Shown here piece after piece: positions 52,537-64,000 of a DNA stretch of 64,000 bases. The notes beneath the pieces were generated by a model. It was not told the DNA's origin. It saw nothing but the letters and a program-made list of their open reading frames with translations, and ran no database searches. The stretch comes from Octopus bimaculoides (Eukaryota): assembly GCF_001194135.2 (NCBI RefSeq), contig NC_068989.1, positions 12,316,544 to 12,380,543 on the forward strand, read 5' to 3'. The translations under genes were made by a program, and so were the position numbers. Within the stretch, counting starts at the first letter, position 1. Every line of letters starts with the position of its first letter.

Positions 52537-52947
52537 TTTTACTCTTTTACTTGTTTCATTCATTTGACTGCGGCCATGCTGAAGCACCGCCTTTAGTCGA
52601 GCAAATCGACCCCAGGACTTTTTCTTTGTAAGCCCAGTACTTATTCTATCGGCCTTTTTTGCCGAACCGCTAAGTTACGGGGACGTAAACTCACCACCAT
52701 CGGTTGTCAAGCGAAGTTAGGAGGACAAACACAGACACACAAACATATACACTCACATACATATATATATATATACATATATACGACAGGCTTGTTTCAG
52801 TTTCCGCCTACCAAATCCACTCACAAGGATTTGGTCGGCCCGAGGCTATAGTAGAAGACACTTACCCAAGATGCCACGCAGTACGACTGAACCCAGAACC
52901 ATGTGGTTGGTAAGCAAGCTACTTACCACACAGCCACTCCTGCACCT
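52537..52947 (-). mobile_element. SINE family A
   Basis: Full-length match on the reverse strand. Confidence 0.9.
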
Positions 52948-54279
52948 ACTATAGGTAAATAAATTGGTATTCCTATGTCCATTTTCTGTTTTAGCTGTAG
53001 TTCTTTCGTCAATTCAAGGTTGCTTTCATCATGGTCGGTGATGGGCTAAAGCCGAACTATTGTCAGACTCTTTAGCAATCGTTTGACATTCAAATCTTCC
53101 ATAAACTGACACCCAGCAACCTCTTAAGCAAAGCAAGAAGAATGCATTAGATAAATTAATTATAAATACATTGCATTTAAAAATAAAGGAGGATGTTCTT
53201 GTTTTGAATAACTTTGATCACAGGTGTTACAATCATGGCGTAATTAGAGCCGAACAACAACTTAATAATACTAACATACTGAATTAAGGAGGGACGTTCT
53301 GCTTGGTGATTCTACATGATAGAAGATAACTACAGAAATTTCCTGGAACCACACCCGTTGTCTTAAAATAGGAACGAGACGTTGGATAATATATTGCTTG
53401 ATAATCAAAGTCTTAAAATAAAGACAACACGATCACGGTTCCAACAATAGCAGCCCACTGCAATCTGTTATTTTGTTTATTTTATCGTAGTAATAACACA
53501 GCAATAGATAAGAGGTTTGTGATTTTTAGAGTTTTAAATTCTCATTCATGTAACGGATGCGTAGAGAACACAATATGATTTGCGCATCTGTTCTTTCTCT
53601 TATCATTCGCTCCATCATACTTTTTTACGGCTCTTAACACACACACACATGCACAATCACACATACACACACACGAAGGCACACACAAGAACACACGCAC
53701 TCACACACTCACATACATTGCATATACGATGCATATAATCGCATACACAATTACGTTCAAACATGCATAGAGACGTATGCATACACATGTACATATGCAC
53801 ACTTACAAACATACACATATACACAAAACTGAAGTGCAAAGACACGTATATATTTACACACACACACATATGCACACACCGACATATGAGAAAGGAAGAG
53901 ACAAAAAGAGAAAGAGGGGGGGAGAAAGAGACGGAGGTTGAGAGAGAGACGGAGGGAGAGACAACGGGAGAGAGGAGACAGAGGAGAGATAGAAAGGGAA
54001 AGATATATAATACAAATAATATGTGAGTATATGCATATATACGTACTTGTATGTACATACCGACATCTACACACACACACACACTCACTCACATATATGC
54101 AAACANNNNNNNNNNNNNNNNNNNNNNNNNNNNNNNNNNNNNNNNNNNNNNNNNNNNNNNNNNNNNNNNNNNNNNNNNNNNNNNNNNNNNNNNNNNNNNN
54201 NNNNNNNNNNNNNNNNNNNNNNNNNNNNNNNNNNNNNNNNNNNNNNNNNNNNNNNNNNNNNNNNNNNNNNNNNNNNNNN

Positions 54280-54346
<67 letters not shown>

Positions 54347-54354
54347 TGCATATA

Positions 54355-54560
54355 TGGGTACAGGACGTCATAAAACACGTGGACAAAATGAAAAACGAGG
54401 ACATAAACAAAGCACGGAAAACAAACTTTTTTCGGACAACGGTAGGAACACACAGGAAAACAGACAGGCCACATAGAGAACGTTTCCTTCATCAGCTGCC
54501 CCTATTCTAAACTAAGCGTTTCGAAGTGTTAGGGCAGGATGCATTGTTAGAATAGCTCTT
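54355..54560 (-). mobile_element. Probable PLE pseudo-LTR fragment with a minimal hammerhead-like core
   Basis: Begins directly after a (CA)/(TA) tract. Minus strand GGCAG-CTGATGA-AG-GAAACGT-T-CTCT at 54475-54500. Confidence 0.45.
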
Positions 54561-54700
54561 AAAGAGAGAGAGATAGAGATGTGAGATTGGGACCGAAATG
54601 AGATAATGTGTAAAATGTATAACATAAAGTATGACACTTTATTCTAAAACCATAAACTAGCCTTGTAATATATTAAGAAAGCACTATTTTAATTTGTATT

Positions 54701-54760
54701 TGTTTCTAGTTACTGTAGACCTACATGTATTGTTTCTAGTTACGGTAGAGCTAGATGTAT
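54701..54760. repeat. 30-bp tandem duplication
   Basis: TGTTTCTAGTTACTGTAGACCTACATGTAT followed by TGTTTCTAGTTACGGTAGAGCTAGATGTAT. Confidence 0.85.
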
Positions 54761-55253
54761 TTAAAAGGATTGCATAACCTAACCAGATTCCTAACAAGTC
54801 TATTTGGACTTTCAATTGCAAAAAATACAAATATAACTTTAAATACATTCTGTGTGAACTCGATAGAAGACTAACCTGTGTTTCGTAAAATTTTGATATA
54901 GTTTTTACGGTGCGGGGCGACAAATGATTTCTTTAAACTCTTAGTCAAAGGGAGAATACTTCTACAAATATGACAGTTAACCACTCAGTGAGGATCGTTT
55001 AAATAAGTTGCCTTTTTGTAACATAAAATAAATAGAAAAATATGGCTGCAACTCCGTTTAAGTAGAAAAAGAAGCGTAAAATACTCGAGTCTAATCTGTC
55101 AATATCCTGCAATATTGTAAACGTCTGTGTGAAGCAGAAGAGCATGCGATGAAATGAGATAAGAGGTGAAATAAGTAAATTCTTCCTTTAAGTTTACATT
55201 TCCTTGAAGTTAGGAATATAATTTGTTATATGACTTATTGTCTATCTTGTCTG

Positions 55254-55301
<48 letters not shown>

Positions 55302-55774
55302 AGCATTAAGTCAAAGTTGTGTATTTTAGGCAAAGTGTAATATACAGGCCCTTATAGCCTGTACGTCGCCCGTCTAATGCAAACACGGGCGAATATATGT
55401 ACACATAAGTATACGCATATATTCATACAATGTTATACATAGAAATGTGAGCTTAAGATATGTTAAATGATAAACAAAAGGANNNNNNNNNNNNNNNNNN
55501 NNNNNNNNNNNNNNNNNNNNNNNNNNNNNNNNNNNNNNNNNNNNNNNNNNNNNNNNNNNNNNNNNNNNNNNNNNNNNNNNNNNNNNNNNNNNNNNNNNNN
55601 NNNNNNNNNNNNNNNNNNNNNNNNNTGTATGTATGTGTGTGTATGTGTAGAGATTATATATGTTTGTAGAGACTATTATTTAGAGATTTTTCGCGACTCA
55701 AACAATATCAACGATTTCTAATATATATACATCAAATTATATAACTTGTTTTCTTTACTGTATATATATATCTA

Positions 55775-55827
<53 letters not shown>

Positions 55828-55846
55828 GTCTGCCTGTCTGCCTGCC

Positions 55847-55891
<45 letters not shown>

Positions 55892-56402
55892 GCCTGTGAT
55901 TCTGTCTGTCTCTGTCTGTATCTCTGTCTGTCTATCTATCTCTATTTTTATATATACCCTGCATGAGTGTGTGTCTATGGAAATATGTGTGAGTGCAAGT
56001 GTGCCTGTAAATGTGTGATTTGACTAACAAAGATAAAAAGAATATGCATCCAAGATAGCACATTAAGACGGGCACTAAAACAACAACAAACAATTACAGA
56101 GAAAACAACAGGTAAGGAAATATAGTTGGCCTGCAAAACAACTATATAGATGAGAATATCAGAGTAAGATACTTCTGTTTGTATGTATACCTCATCTTCT
56201 TTTTGGTTATTTTGTGAAATGTTTGGAATGATGGTTCCCTGTGTGAAGTGTCTTTATCGGCAATTCTTTAAGCACTACGCCTCTACTTCCATGCCTGTTG
56301 CGTGTTCATACATCTTTCTAAATGATATCCGGCTTACGTATTGTGTTTTTGATAACACTGGTGTATGTTTTTTAGGTATGTATTATGTATTATGTATGTA
56401 TG

Positions 56403-56604
56403 GGTGAAGGCACATGGCTCAGTGGACAGAGCGTCGAGCAAAAAATTGTTACGTTGTAAGTTCGATTCCCAGAGCAAGCTGCGTGTTGTGTTCTTGAGCG
56501 AGACACTTTATTTCACGTTGCTCCAGTTCACTCAGCTGTAGAAATGAATTGCGACGTCACTGGTGCTGAGCTGTATCGGCCCCTTTGCCCTTTCTTTGGA
56601 TAAC

Positions 56605-56605
<1 letters not shown>
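56403..56605 (+). mobile_element. tRNA-SINE with CORE-like domain (family C)
   Basis: tRNA head (GGCTCAGTGG...GTTCGATTCCC), then TGTGTTCTTGAGCGAGACACTTTATTTCACGTTGCTCCAGTTCACTCAGCTGTAGAAATG, which resembles the CORE consensus. Confidence 0.75.
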
Positions 56606-56649
<44 letters not shown>

Positions 56650-56874
56650 AGAATTTACAAAAAAAACAACAACAGATGAGGACAGGTGGTGTAAACAACA
56701 AAAGGATGTATTAGTTTAACGATCGGGAATGCAGAAAATCTTTAACGTTTCAAGCTAAGCTCTTCAACAGAAAGAATACGGAGAAAACAAGGAGAAAAAC
56801 ACGGAGAAAAAAAATGGAGAAAAAAAAATACGGAGAAAAAAAATTGAATGGTTTGGTCAGGGATTTATCATGGC
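56650..56874 (-). mobile_element. Probable PLE pseudo-LTR fragment with a degenerate type I hammerhead
   Basis: Lies between a (GT)n tract and a gap. Hammerhead-topology motif at 56739-56775. Confidence 0.5.
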
Positions 56875-57257
56875 NNNNNNNNNNNNNNNNNNNNNNNNNN
56901 NNNNNNNNNNNNNNNNNNNNNNNNNNNNNNNNNNNNNNNNNNNNNNNNNNNNNNNNNNNNNNNNNNNNNNNNNNNNNNNNNNNNNNNNNNNNNNNNNNNN
57001 NNNNNNNNNNNNNNNNNNNNNNNNNNNNNNNNNNNNNNNNNNNNNNNNNNNNNNNNNNNNNNNNNNNNNNNNNNNNNNNNNNNNNNNNNNNNNNNNNNNN
57101 NNNNNNNNNNNNNNNNNNNNNNNNNNNNNNNNNNNNNNNNNNNNNNNNNNNNNNNNNNNNNNNNNNNNNNNNNNNNNNNNNNNNNNNNNNNNNNNNNNNN
57201 NNNNNNNNNNNNNNNNNNNNNNNNNNNNNNNNNNNNNNNNNNNNNNNNNNNNNNNNN

Positions 57258-57288
<31 letters not shown>

Positions 57289-58006
57289 TATAAATATATA
57301 TATATATCCATTTTTCCTCTTTGTTTCATATACACTCAAACATGCGTAAATTGTTAGTGTATTACATACATACACTTACTTAGGTGTCGTGTGTGTCCGG
57401 AGATGTGTGTGAGTCTGTATTTGCATATACAGAGTAATTGTTGCTTGTAGTTATTTTCTACACTGGTAAAAATTTGAAACAGTGTTTTTAACTCCTTTTG
57501 TTAGGCATTTAAAAATGTAAATCAGCGTTCTCTGCCTGTCTCTTAACGCTATCGTTATTCTGCAAACTACTATGAATGTTATGGAAAATTATCAGGCTTT
57601 TAATTCGATATTATCTTTGTATTTCTGAGCATTAGTGGCGTCAGATGTTTCTACATTTGGTAATTCGAAAATATATTATCGAATTATAATGCACCCAATA
57701 ACAGATCTGTCATATTGATAGATATACACATGACTTTTTGTCAGCGATTTCTGTATTGCTTTCGAAAATGCTTCATAGACATCGCTTGCTGGTGTAGACC
57801 ATTCATAAATGAAGTTTCCGTTCTACTATTAATGTAAAACACAGCAATGAAACAAATAATTAGTTGCATAAGCAAAGCCCAATAATTGTGACTTGTAAAA
57901 GAATATGTGAATAAACGTGTGCGAGTGAGGGCATTTGTGTATTTGTGAGTGTGCATGTCCGTGTTTGTGTGTGTGCATGTACGTCTGTATCTTTGTGTCT
58001 GAGCGC

Positions 58007-58066
<60 letters not shown>

Positions 58067-58856
58067 GTACATATGTATATATATATATATACATATGTAT
58101 ATATATATACATATATGTGTTTATGTATTCACAAAAAAACACAGATATCAATATGTACAGACGCGCATATAAGTACATAGATACATACATGCATACATAT
58201 ATGCATACAAATATACACATATGCATACTTAAACGCATGCATACATACATACATACATACATGCATACATATATACATACAAATATACACATATGCATAC
58301 TTAAGTGCACACATACATACAATATAAGTTCAGTGAGCCAGATGAAATTATTAACATCCGTTTGCATGCCTGATATATAATATGGCATGTCAATGCGATG
58401 AGTGTTGATCGCGCTGCATGTCACAGAACAAGCAAAAAATTCCCCCATCTCAACATTTTGACTGTAATTAAAATGCATTTCTTTGCGTGAACTCGTGTAT
58501 TAATTGCTTTTCCTGAACCATCACCAGCAGCGTCCATGCATTCATCACTAAATCGGCCTACAATGCATAAATGAGCAATTTCCCAATACCAAGAATTCGC
58601 TGTCTAGAGGCGTGGCATAATTACATTCTCATGCTTCTAAGTAATCTCATATGTAATTTGAGAACACTTTGATTGAGGATTCATAGATTATTATGTTCCC
58701 AGTTTTGCCTATGTCGGTGATCGTATAAACGATTTATGATGTATGAGACATTGCATTTAAAATTTCCAATATCTGTAAGTGGTCAACCATTCGACGGGCA
58801 ATACGCCATATGTACATATGCACGTATTTGTTACATGTCATCACGCATCTGAAAGT

Positions 58857-59120
58857 TAGTGGCCTAGTGGTCAGGGTGTTGGACTCCCAATCGTTACCGT
58901 ATAGGTTCGATTCCCGGACCTAGTGACGTGTTGTGCTCTTAAGTAAAAGACTTTGCTCCTGTCAATTTAGCTGTAAATGGGTAACACTGTAATGGAATAG
59001 CCTTCTGATCAGAGGGAATGTCGGTCTGCTCACCTAGACAGAGGCATAGCATCATCCGAAACATAAAGACAATTCGAAGCGGATTGTAACCAGCGATGTA
59101 TAACCACAGCCGATAGCCTC
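58857..59120 (+). mobile_element. Old CORE-like tRNA SINE
   Basis: GGCCTAGTGGTCAGGGTG A box, GGTTCGATTCCC B box, degenerate CORE-like segment. Confidence 0.6.
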
Positions 59121-59162
59121 GCAGATACTGTGATATGTCTATTCTTGCATTCTTGTATTATT

Positions 59163-59723
59163 GTATTTGCTTCAGTCCTTTGACTGCGTCCATGCTGGAG
59201 CACCGCCTTTAGTCGAGTAAATCCACCCTAGGACTTATTCTTTGTAAGCCTAGTACTTATTCTATCGGTCTCTCTTGCCGAAACGCTAAGTGACGGGAAC
59301 GCGTAAACACAGCAGCATCGGTTGTCAAGCGATGCTGGGGGGACAACCACAAACACAAACATATACATATATATATATATATATATATANNNNNNNNNNN
59401 NNNNNNNNNNNNNNNNNNNNNNNNNNNNNNNNNNNNNNNNNNNNNNNNNNNNNNNNNNNNNNNNNNNNNNNNNNNNNNNNNNNNNNNNNNNNNNNNNNNN
59501 NNNNNNNNNNNNNNNNNNTATATATACATATATATATATATATATATAATGTATATATACAACGGGCTTCTTTCAGCTTCCGTCTACCAAATTCACTCAC
59601 AAAGCTTTGGTCGGCCCGAGGCTATAGTAGAAGACACTTGCCTGAGGTGCCACGCAGTGGGACCGAACCCGGAACCATGTGGTTGCTAAGCAAGCTACTT
59701 ACCACACAGCCACTCCTGCGCCT
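59163..59723 (-). mobile_element. SINE family A whose internal TA tract contains an assembly gap
   Basis: Both halves match family A. Confidence 0.9.
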
Positions 59724-60579
59724 ATATAAATTTCTATTTCTGTCCCTCTCTATCTCTCTAACAGTAATAATTCTTTCTACTATAGACGTGAGGCCCAAAA
59801 GTTTTGGCGAGGTCACTTGTCGATCATACCATCCATATTAATTGATTGATACTTATTCCGTTAATCCAGAAAGTATGAAGGGCAAATATGAACTAGGCTG
59901 AATTTGAATTCAAAACGTAAAGAACTGGAGAAAAATGCCATTAAGTGATTTTGGAATTGCTAAAGATTTAGCATAAGGTCAATTATAGGATACGCTAAAA
60001 TTTGCTAGTATCGTATGGTCGTTCTGTGTTCAAACGATAAATAACTAATCTAGAAGGGTTTTTGTCACATACATCAACGCGTTGAACGAAATAGTGTGTG
60101 TGTTCGATTCCAGCATTTCTAACGTGGGACATTTAAACCGATGTTGTATTTACGGCTCATAGTTGATGGTGTTGTTGTTCTTGTCGTTGTTGCTTGTGAT
60201 AATGACAGCAATGTAAGTAAGGTTGTTCCATAATGTGGTGGAAACGGTGGTTGTAGTTGCAGTGGAACGAATTAGTCATGTTCTACATGATGCTGACGTT
60301 TGGGAATGCATCGGAGACGGCGATACTACGACATGAGACGGTAAAGCAAATCTTGGTAGAGTTGGTAAGGCAAAGATGACATTTTGCTTGTATTGCTGAG
60401 GCAGCTAGTGGAGGTGAAGTCTATGGTAGGAGTGGAGGATCGTTTGATGTTGATTATGAGGAAACAATGAACATCGAGGAAATATGTCTTCATGAAAAAA
60501 AGTTACAAATCACAGAGAATGCATTAAATTGGATTGACGACAAATGGAAGCAAGCAAAAGCAAACTACACTCATTTAGA

Positions 60580-60631
<52 letters not shown>

Positions 60632-60818
60632 GTGGTAGTAGTAGTAGTGGGAGGAGGAGGAGGAGGAGGAGGAGGTGGAGGGCGACAATAACAATGACAG
60701 TGATAGTAATAGAGATAGTGCTAGTAATGATGATAATAATAATAATGGTTTCGATAATGATAATGATGTTTATAATAATGATACTAATAATAACGATAAC
60801 AACAACAACAATAACAAC

Positions 60819-60863
<45 letters not shown>

Positions 60864-61182
60864 CCGAAGAAGAAGAAGGAAAGGAGGAGACGAAGAAGAA
60901 TAAGAGGAAGAGGAGGAGGTGGAGTAGGAGTACGAGTAGCAGGAGAAGCAGAAGGATAAAAGGACGAGGAGGTGGAGGTGAAGAAGAAGAAGAAGAAGAA
61001 GAAGAAGAAGAAGAAGAAGAAGAAGAAGAAGAAGAAGAAGGAGAAGAAGAAGGAGGAGGAGGAGAAGAAGAAGAAGAAGAAGAAGAAGAAGAAGAAGAAG
61101 AAGAAGGAGAAGAAGAAGAAGAAGAAGGAGGAGGAGAAGAAGAAGAAGAAGAAGAAGAAGAAGAAGAAGAAGAAGAAGAAGA
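60580..61182. repeat. Microsatellite complex: (TTA), (GGA), (TAA/CAA), (GAA)n
   Basis: Direct reading. Explains the poly-K, poly-F and poly-S ORFs. Confidence 0.95.
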
Positions 61183-61942
61183 ATCCTTTATTGGGATTGG
61201 GTGTTGCGAAGATGATAATGGTAATGCTAATACTGATAGAATTAAAAATAACGTTAATAGTAATAGCATAAAATAAGAATAGCAACAGAAACAATAATGA
61301 CAATTATTATTATTGATGGTAATAATGATAATAATAATAATAATAATGTAAAGAATTATAAAGAAATAACGATACAAAGAAAGCATAATATTTAGAAAGA
61401 ATAAGTGAAAGTCTTGTGTGTCTACAATGTCAGTTAATGAACGAGCGGTCCTTTGCTAGGTTACAATGACACAACACAAAACAAGAATGCTGCCTTTACA
61501 AACATTCATGCACATATTCATAAAGATAAAACTTACGCAAATGATTGAAACAGATGAGCAAGCAGAAAATCATATACGTATACAAACGTACATATATCTA
61601 TTAATTTACATATGCATACATATGTATATATATATATATATATATATATNNNNNNNNNNNNNNNNNNNNNNNNNNNNNNNNNNNNNNNNNNNNNNNNNNN
61701 NNNNNNNNNNNNNNNNNNNNNNNNNNNNNNNNNNNNNNNNNNNNNNNNNNNNNNNNNNNNNNNNNNNNNNNNNNNNNNNNNNNNNNNNNNNNNNNNNNNN
61801 NNNNNNNNNNNNNNNNNNNNNNNNNNNNNNNNNNNNNNNNNNNNNNNNNNNNNNNNNNNNNNNNNNNNNNNNNNNNNNNNNNNNNNNNNNNNNNNNNNNN
61901 NNNNNNNNNNNNNNNNNNNNNNNNNNNNNNNNNTATATATAT

Positions 61943-61989
<47 letters not shown>

Positions 61990-63551
61990 ATATACATAGA
62001 CATATATATATCTAATTGTTTATATAGATATATATATATCTTTTCATATATATATATATATATATATATATGCATATATATTTATATTTGTATATTTATA
62101 TATCTGTTTGTATACATATACATGCACCACGCACATATACACACACAGAGATATGTGCATGTGTGTGTGTGTGTGTATGTGTGAGTGAAGGCACACACAC
62201 TCGTACACGGCCAAATACAAAGATATTGGCGGCACGTGGGGTACACATTTGCACACAGGAATACGTATAAGAAATGGGTTCAGGCATGTACTCACACTCA
62301 CAACACATTTGTATATGCAATACAGTGTATGTGTCAGCAGCAAATACACATAGATACACAGAAACCCAGACGCATAGACACACATTTACACACACATACT
62401 CACACAAGCGTACACGACTATAGCCATAGGCTGAAGCTGAATACTTAGAGAAACAAAGACACAAACAAGCGTGTACAAAAATGCAAATCCACGTATATAT
62501 ATATAGAGAGAGAGAAACAATAGGAATGAGAAAGATTTTGAGAGATGGATATCTGAAAGTGAAACTAGAAAATATATATAAACAATTCCAAACACACAAG
62601 GCACATACACAGACATTTACAACTGTTCAGAAATGTGGGCCTAGATATATGTATAGCACGCATACCTGTATATAAACACACACATAGGTGCACATACAGA
62701 AACCAATGCGCTGCATTTGTATTTCTGCATAGACTTACGAACAGAAGTATTGAGGAGACAACAAAGCAGACATGGGCAATTTAACCACTCAGGTACACAC
62801 ACGCGCACACACATACTAGCACACTAGCTCACACACTACGCACACACACTCGCACATAAAAACGCTAAAAGCTGTACATAGATGTTAGAAACTTCCATAA
62901 ATATGGATGTTCATAAACATACATATATACCACAAATCTATCTATCTATCTATCTATCTATATACGCACACACACACACACATATATGTGTACGTATATG
63001 TGCATATATTTATATAGGAACGCACACACATGCACTCACATATATATGCATGCATGTATGCATGTCTGTCTGTCTGTCTGTATATGTATCTATATATATA
63101 TATATATATGTATGTATGTGCATACAAAGATACGCATATAGGCATGCATTCACATATTTCAGCGCGCGTTCATCGACTTACAGATGGACAAACACACAAT
63201 TACAAGAGCACGCGGTCACTCTATAACCGCCATGCAGTGATACATATTTACTAGTAAAACACACACACATACAAGCGCAAACACACGCACGCACACACAC
63301 ACTAACACAACATATACACACACATGCACAAAGCTACACACACCAATGCATAGTAGTAAAACGATGTCGACCATACTAGATTGCTGTTGTGTTACAATGA
63401 AATCAACGGTTGATATCTCGAGGCAAGTCACTGCTTTTATATTGATTTCAATCCAATGGTGGCTCTTATACTTTATTCATTTTATTGTCATCCATTTTGT
63501 TTTGCTTTATTATTTTTTTCAGCTCGTTCTATTTATCCTCCTTTATCCTGT

Positions 63552-63554
<3 letters not shown>

Positions 63555-63584
<30 letters not shown>

Positions 63585-63716
63585 CTTCTTCTTCTTCTTC
63601 TTCTTCTTCTTCTTCCACATCTTCCTCTTCTTATTTTTCTTCTCTTCTTGTCTTCTTCTTCTTCTGCTTCTTCTTCTTCTTCTTCTTCTTCTTCTTCTTC
63701 TTTTTCTTTTTCTTCT

Positions 63717-63752
<36 letters not shown>

Positions 63753-63831
63753 ACTTACTCTTCCTCCTCCTCCTCCTCTTCCTTATTCTTCTTCTTCTCT
63801 CTTCTTCTTCTCTCTTCTTCTTCTCTCTTCT

Positions 63832-63863
<32 letters not shown>

Positions 63864-64000
63864 TTCTTCTCCTTCTTTTTCTTTTTTTCTTTTTCTTTTT
63901 CTTTTTCTTCTTCTTCTTCTTCTCTTCTTCTTCTTCTTCTTCTTCTTCTTCTCTCTTTTTCTTCTTCTTCTTCTTCTTCTTCTTCTTCTTCTTCTTCTTC
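63555..64000. repeat. Imperfect (TCT)n microsatellite to the window end
   Basis: Direct reading. Confidence 0.95.

Overview
AT-rich, microsatellite-dense eukaryotic DNA from a draft assembly with about 20 N-gaps, most flanked by (TA)n/(CA)n runs. From recall, the SINE families match the tRNA-derived SINEs of Octopus, so the source is probably an octopod cephalopod (inference, no database search). Almost every ORF in the supplied track is an artefact of microsatellites or N-runs. The window is mostly intron-like or intergenic sequence. It contains three or four tRNA-SINE families, R4/Dong-type non-LTR retrotransposon fragments in (TAA)n tracts, Penelope-like element (PLE) fragments, a mariner MITE and many simple repeats. 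A few minus-strand exon candidates (terminal exon 1920-2215, 81-nt exon 22392-22472, 27-nt microexon 48483-48509) may belong to one unidentified long-intron gene. The most unusual structures are a full-length decayed 5S rRNA fused to a SINE 3' tail (22027-22232), a twin-priming-like 5'-inverted R4/Dong insertion (41575-42350), a head-to-head PLE forming a ~1.45-kb hairpin (26585-28042), a tail-to-tail SINE pair (52030-52947) and minimal hammerhead-ribozyme relics. I found no prokaryotic, phage or CRISPR content. Repeat boundaries were read by eye and are approximate.
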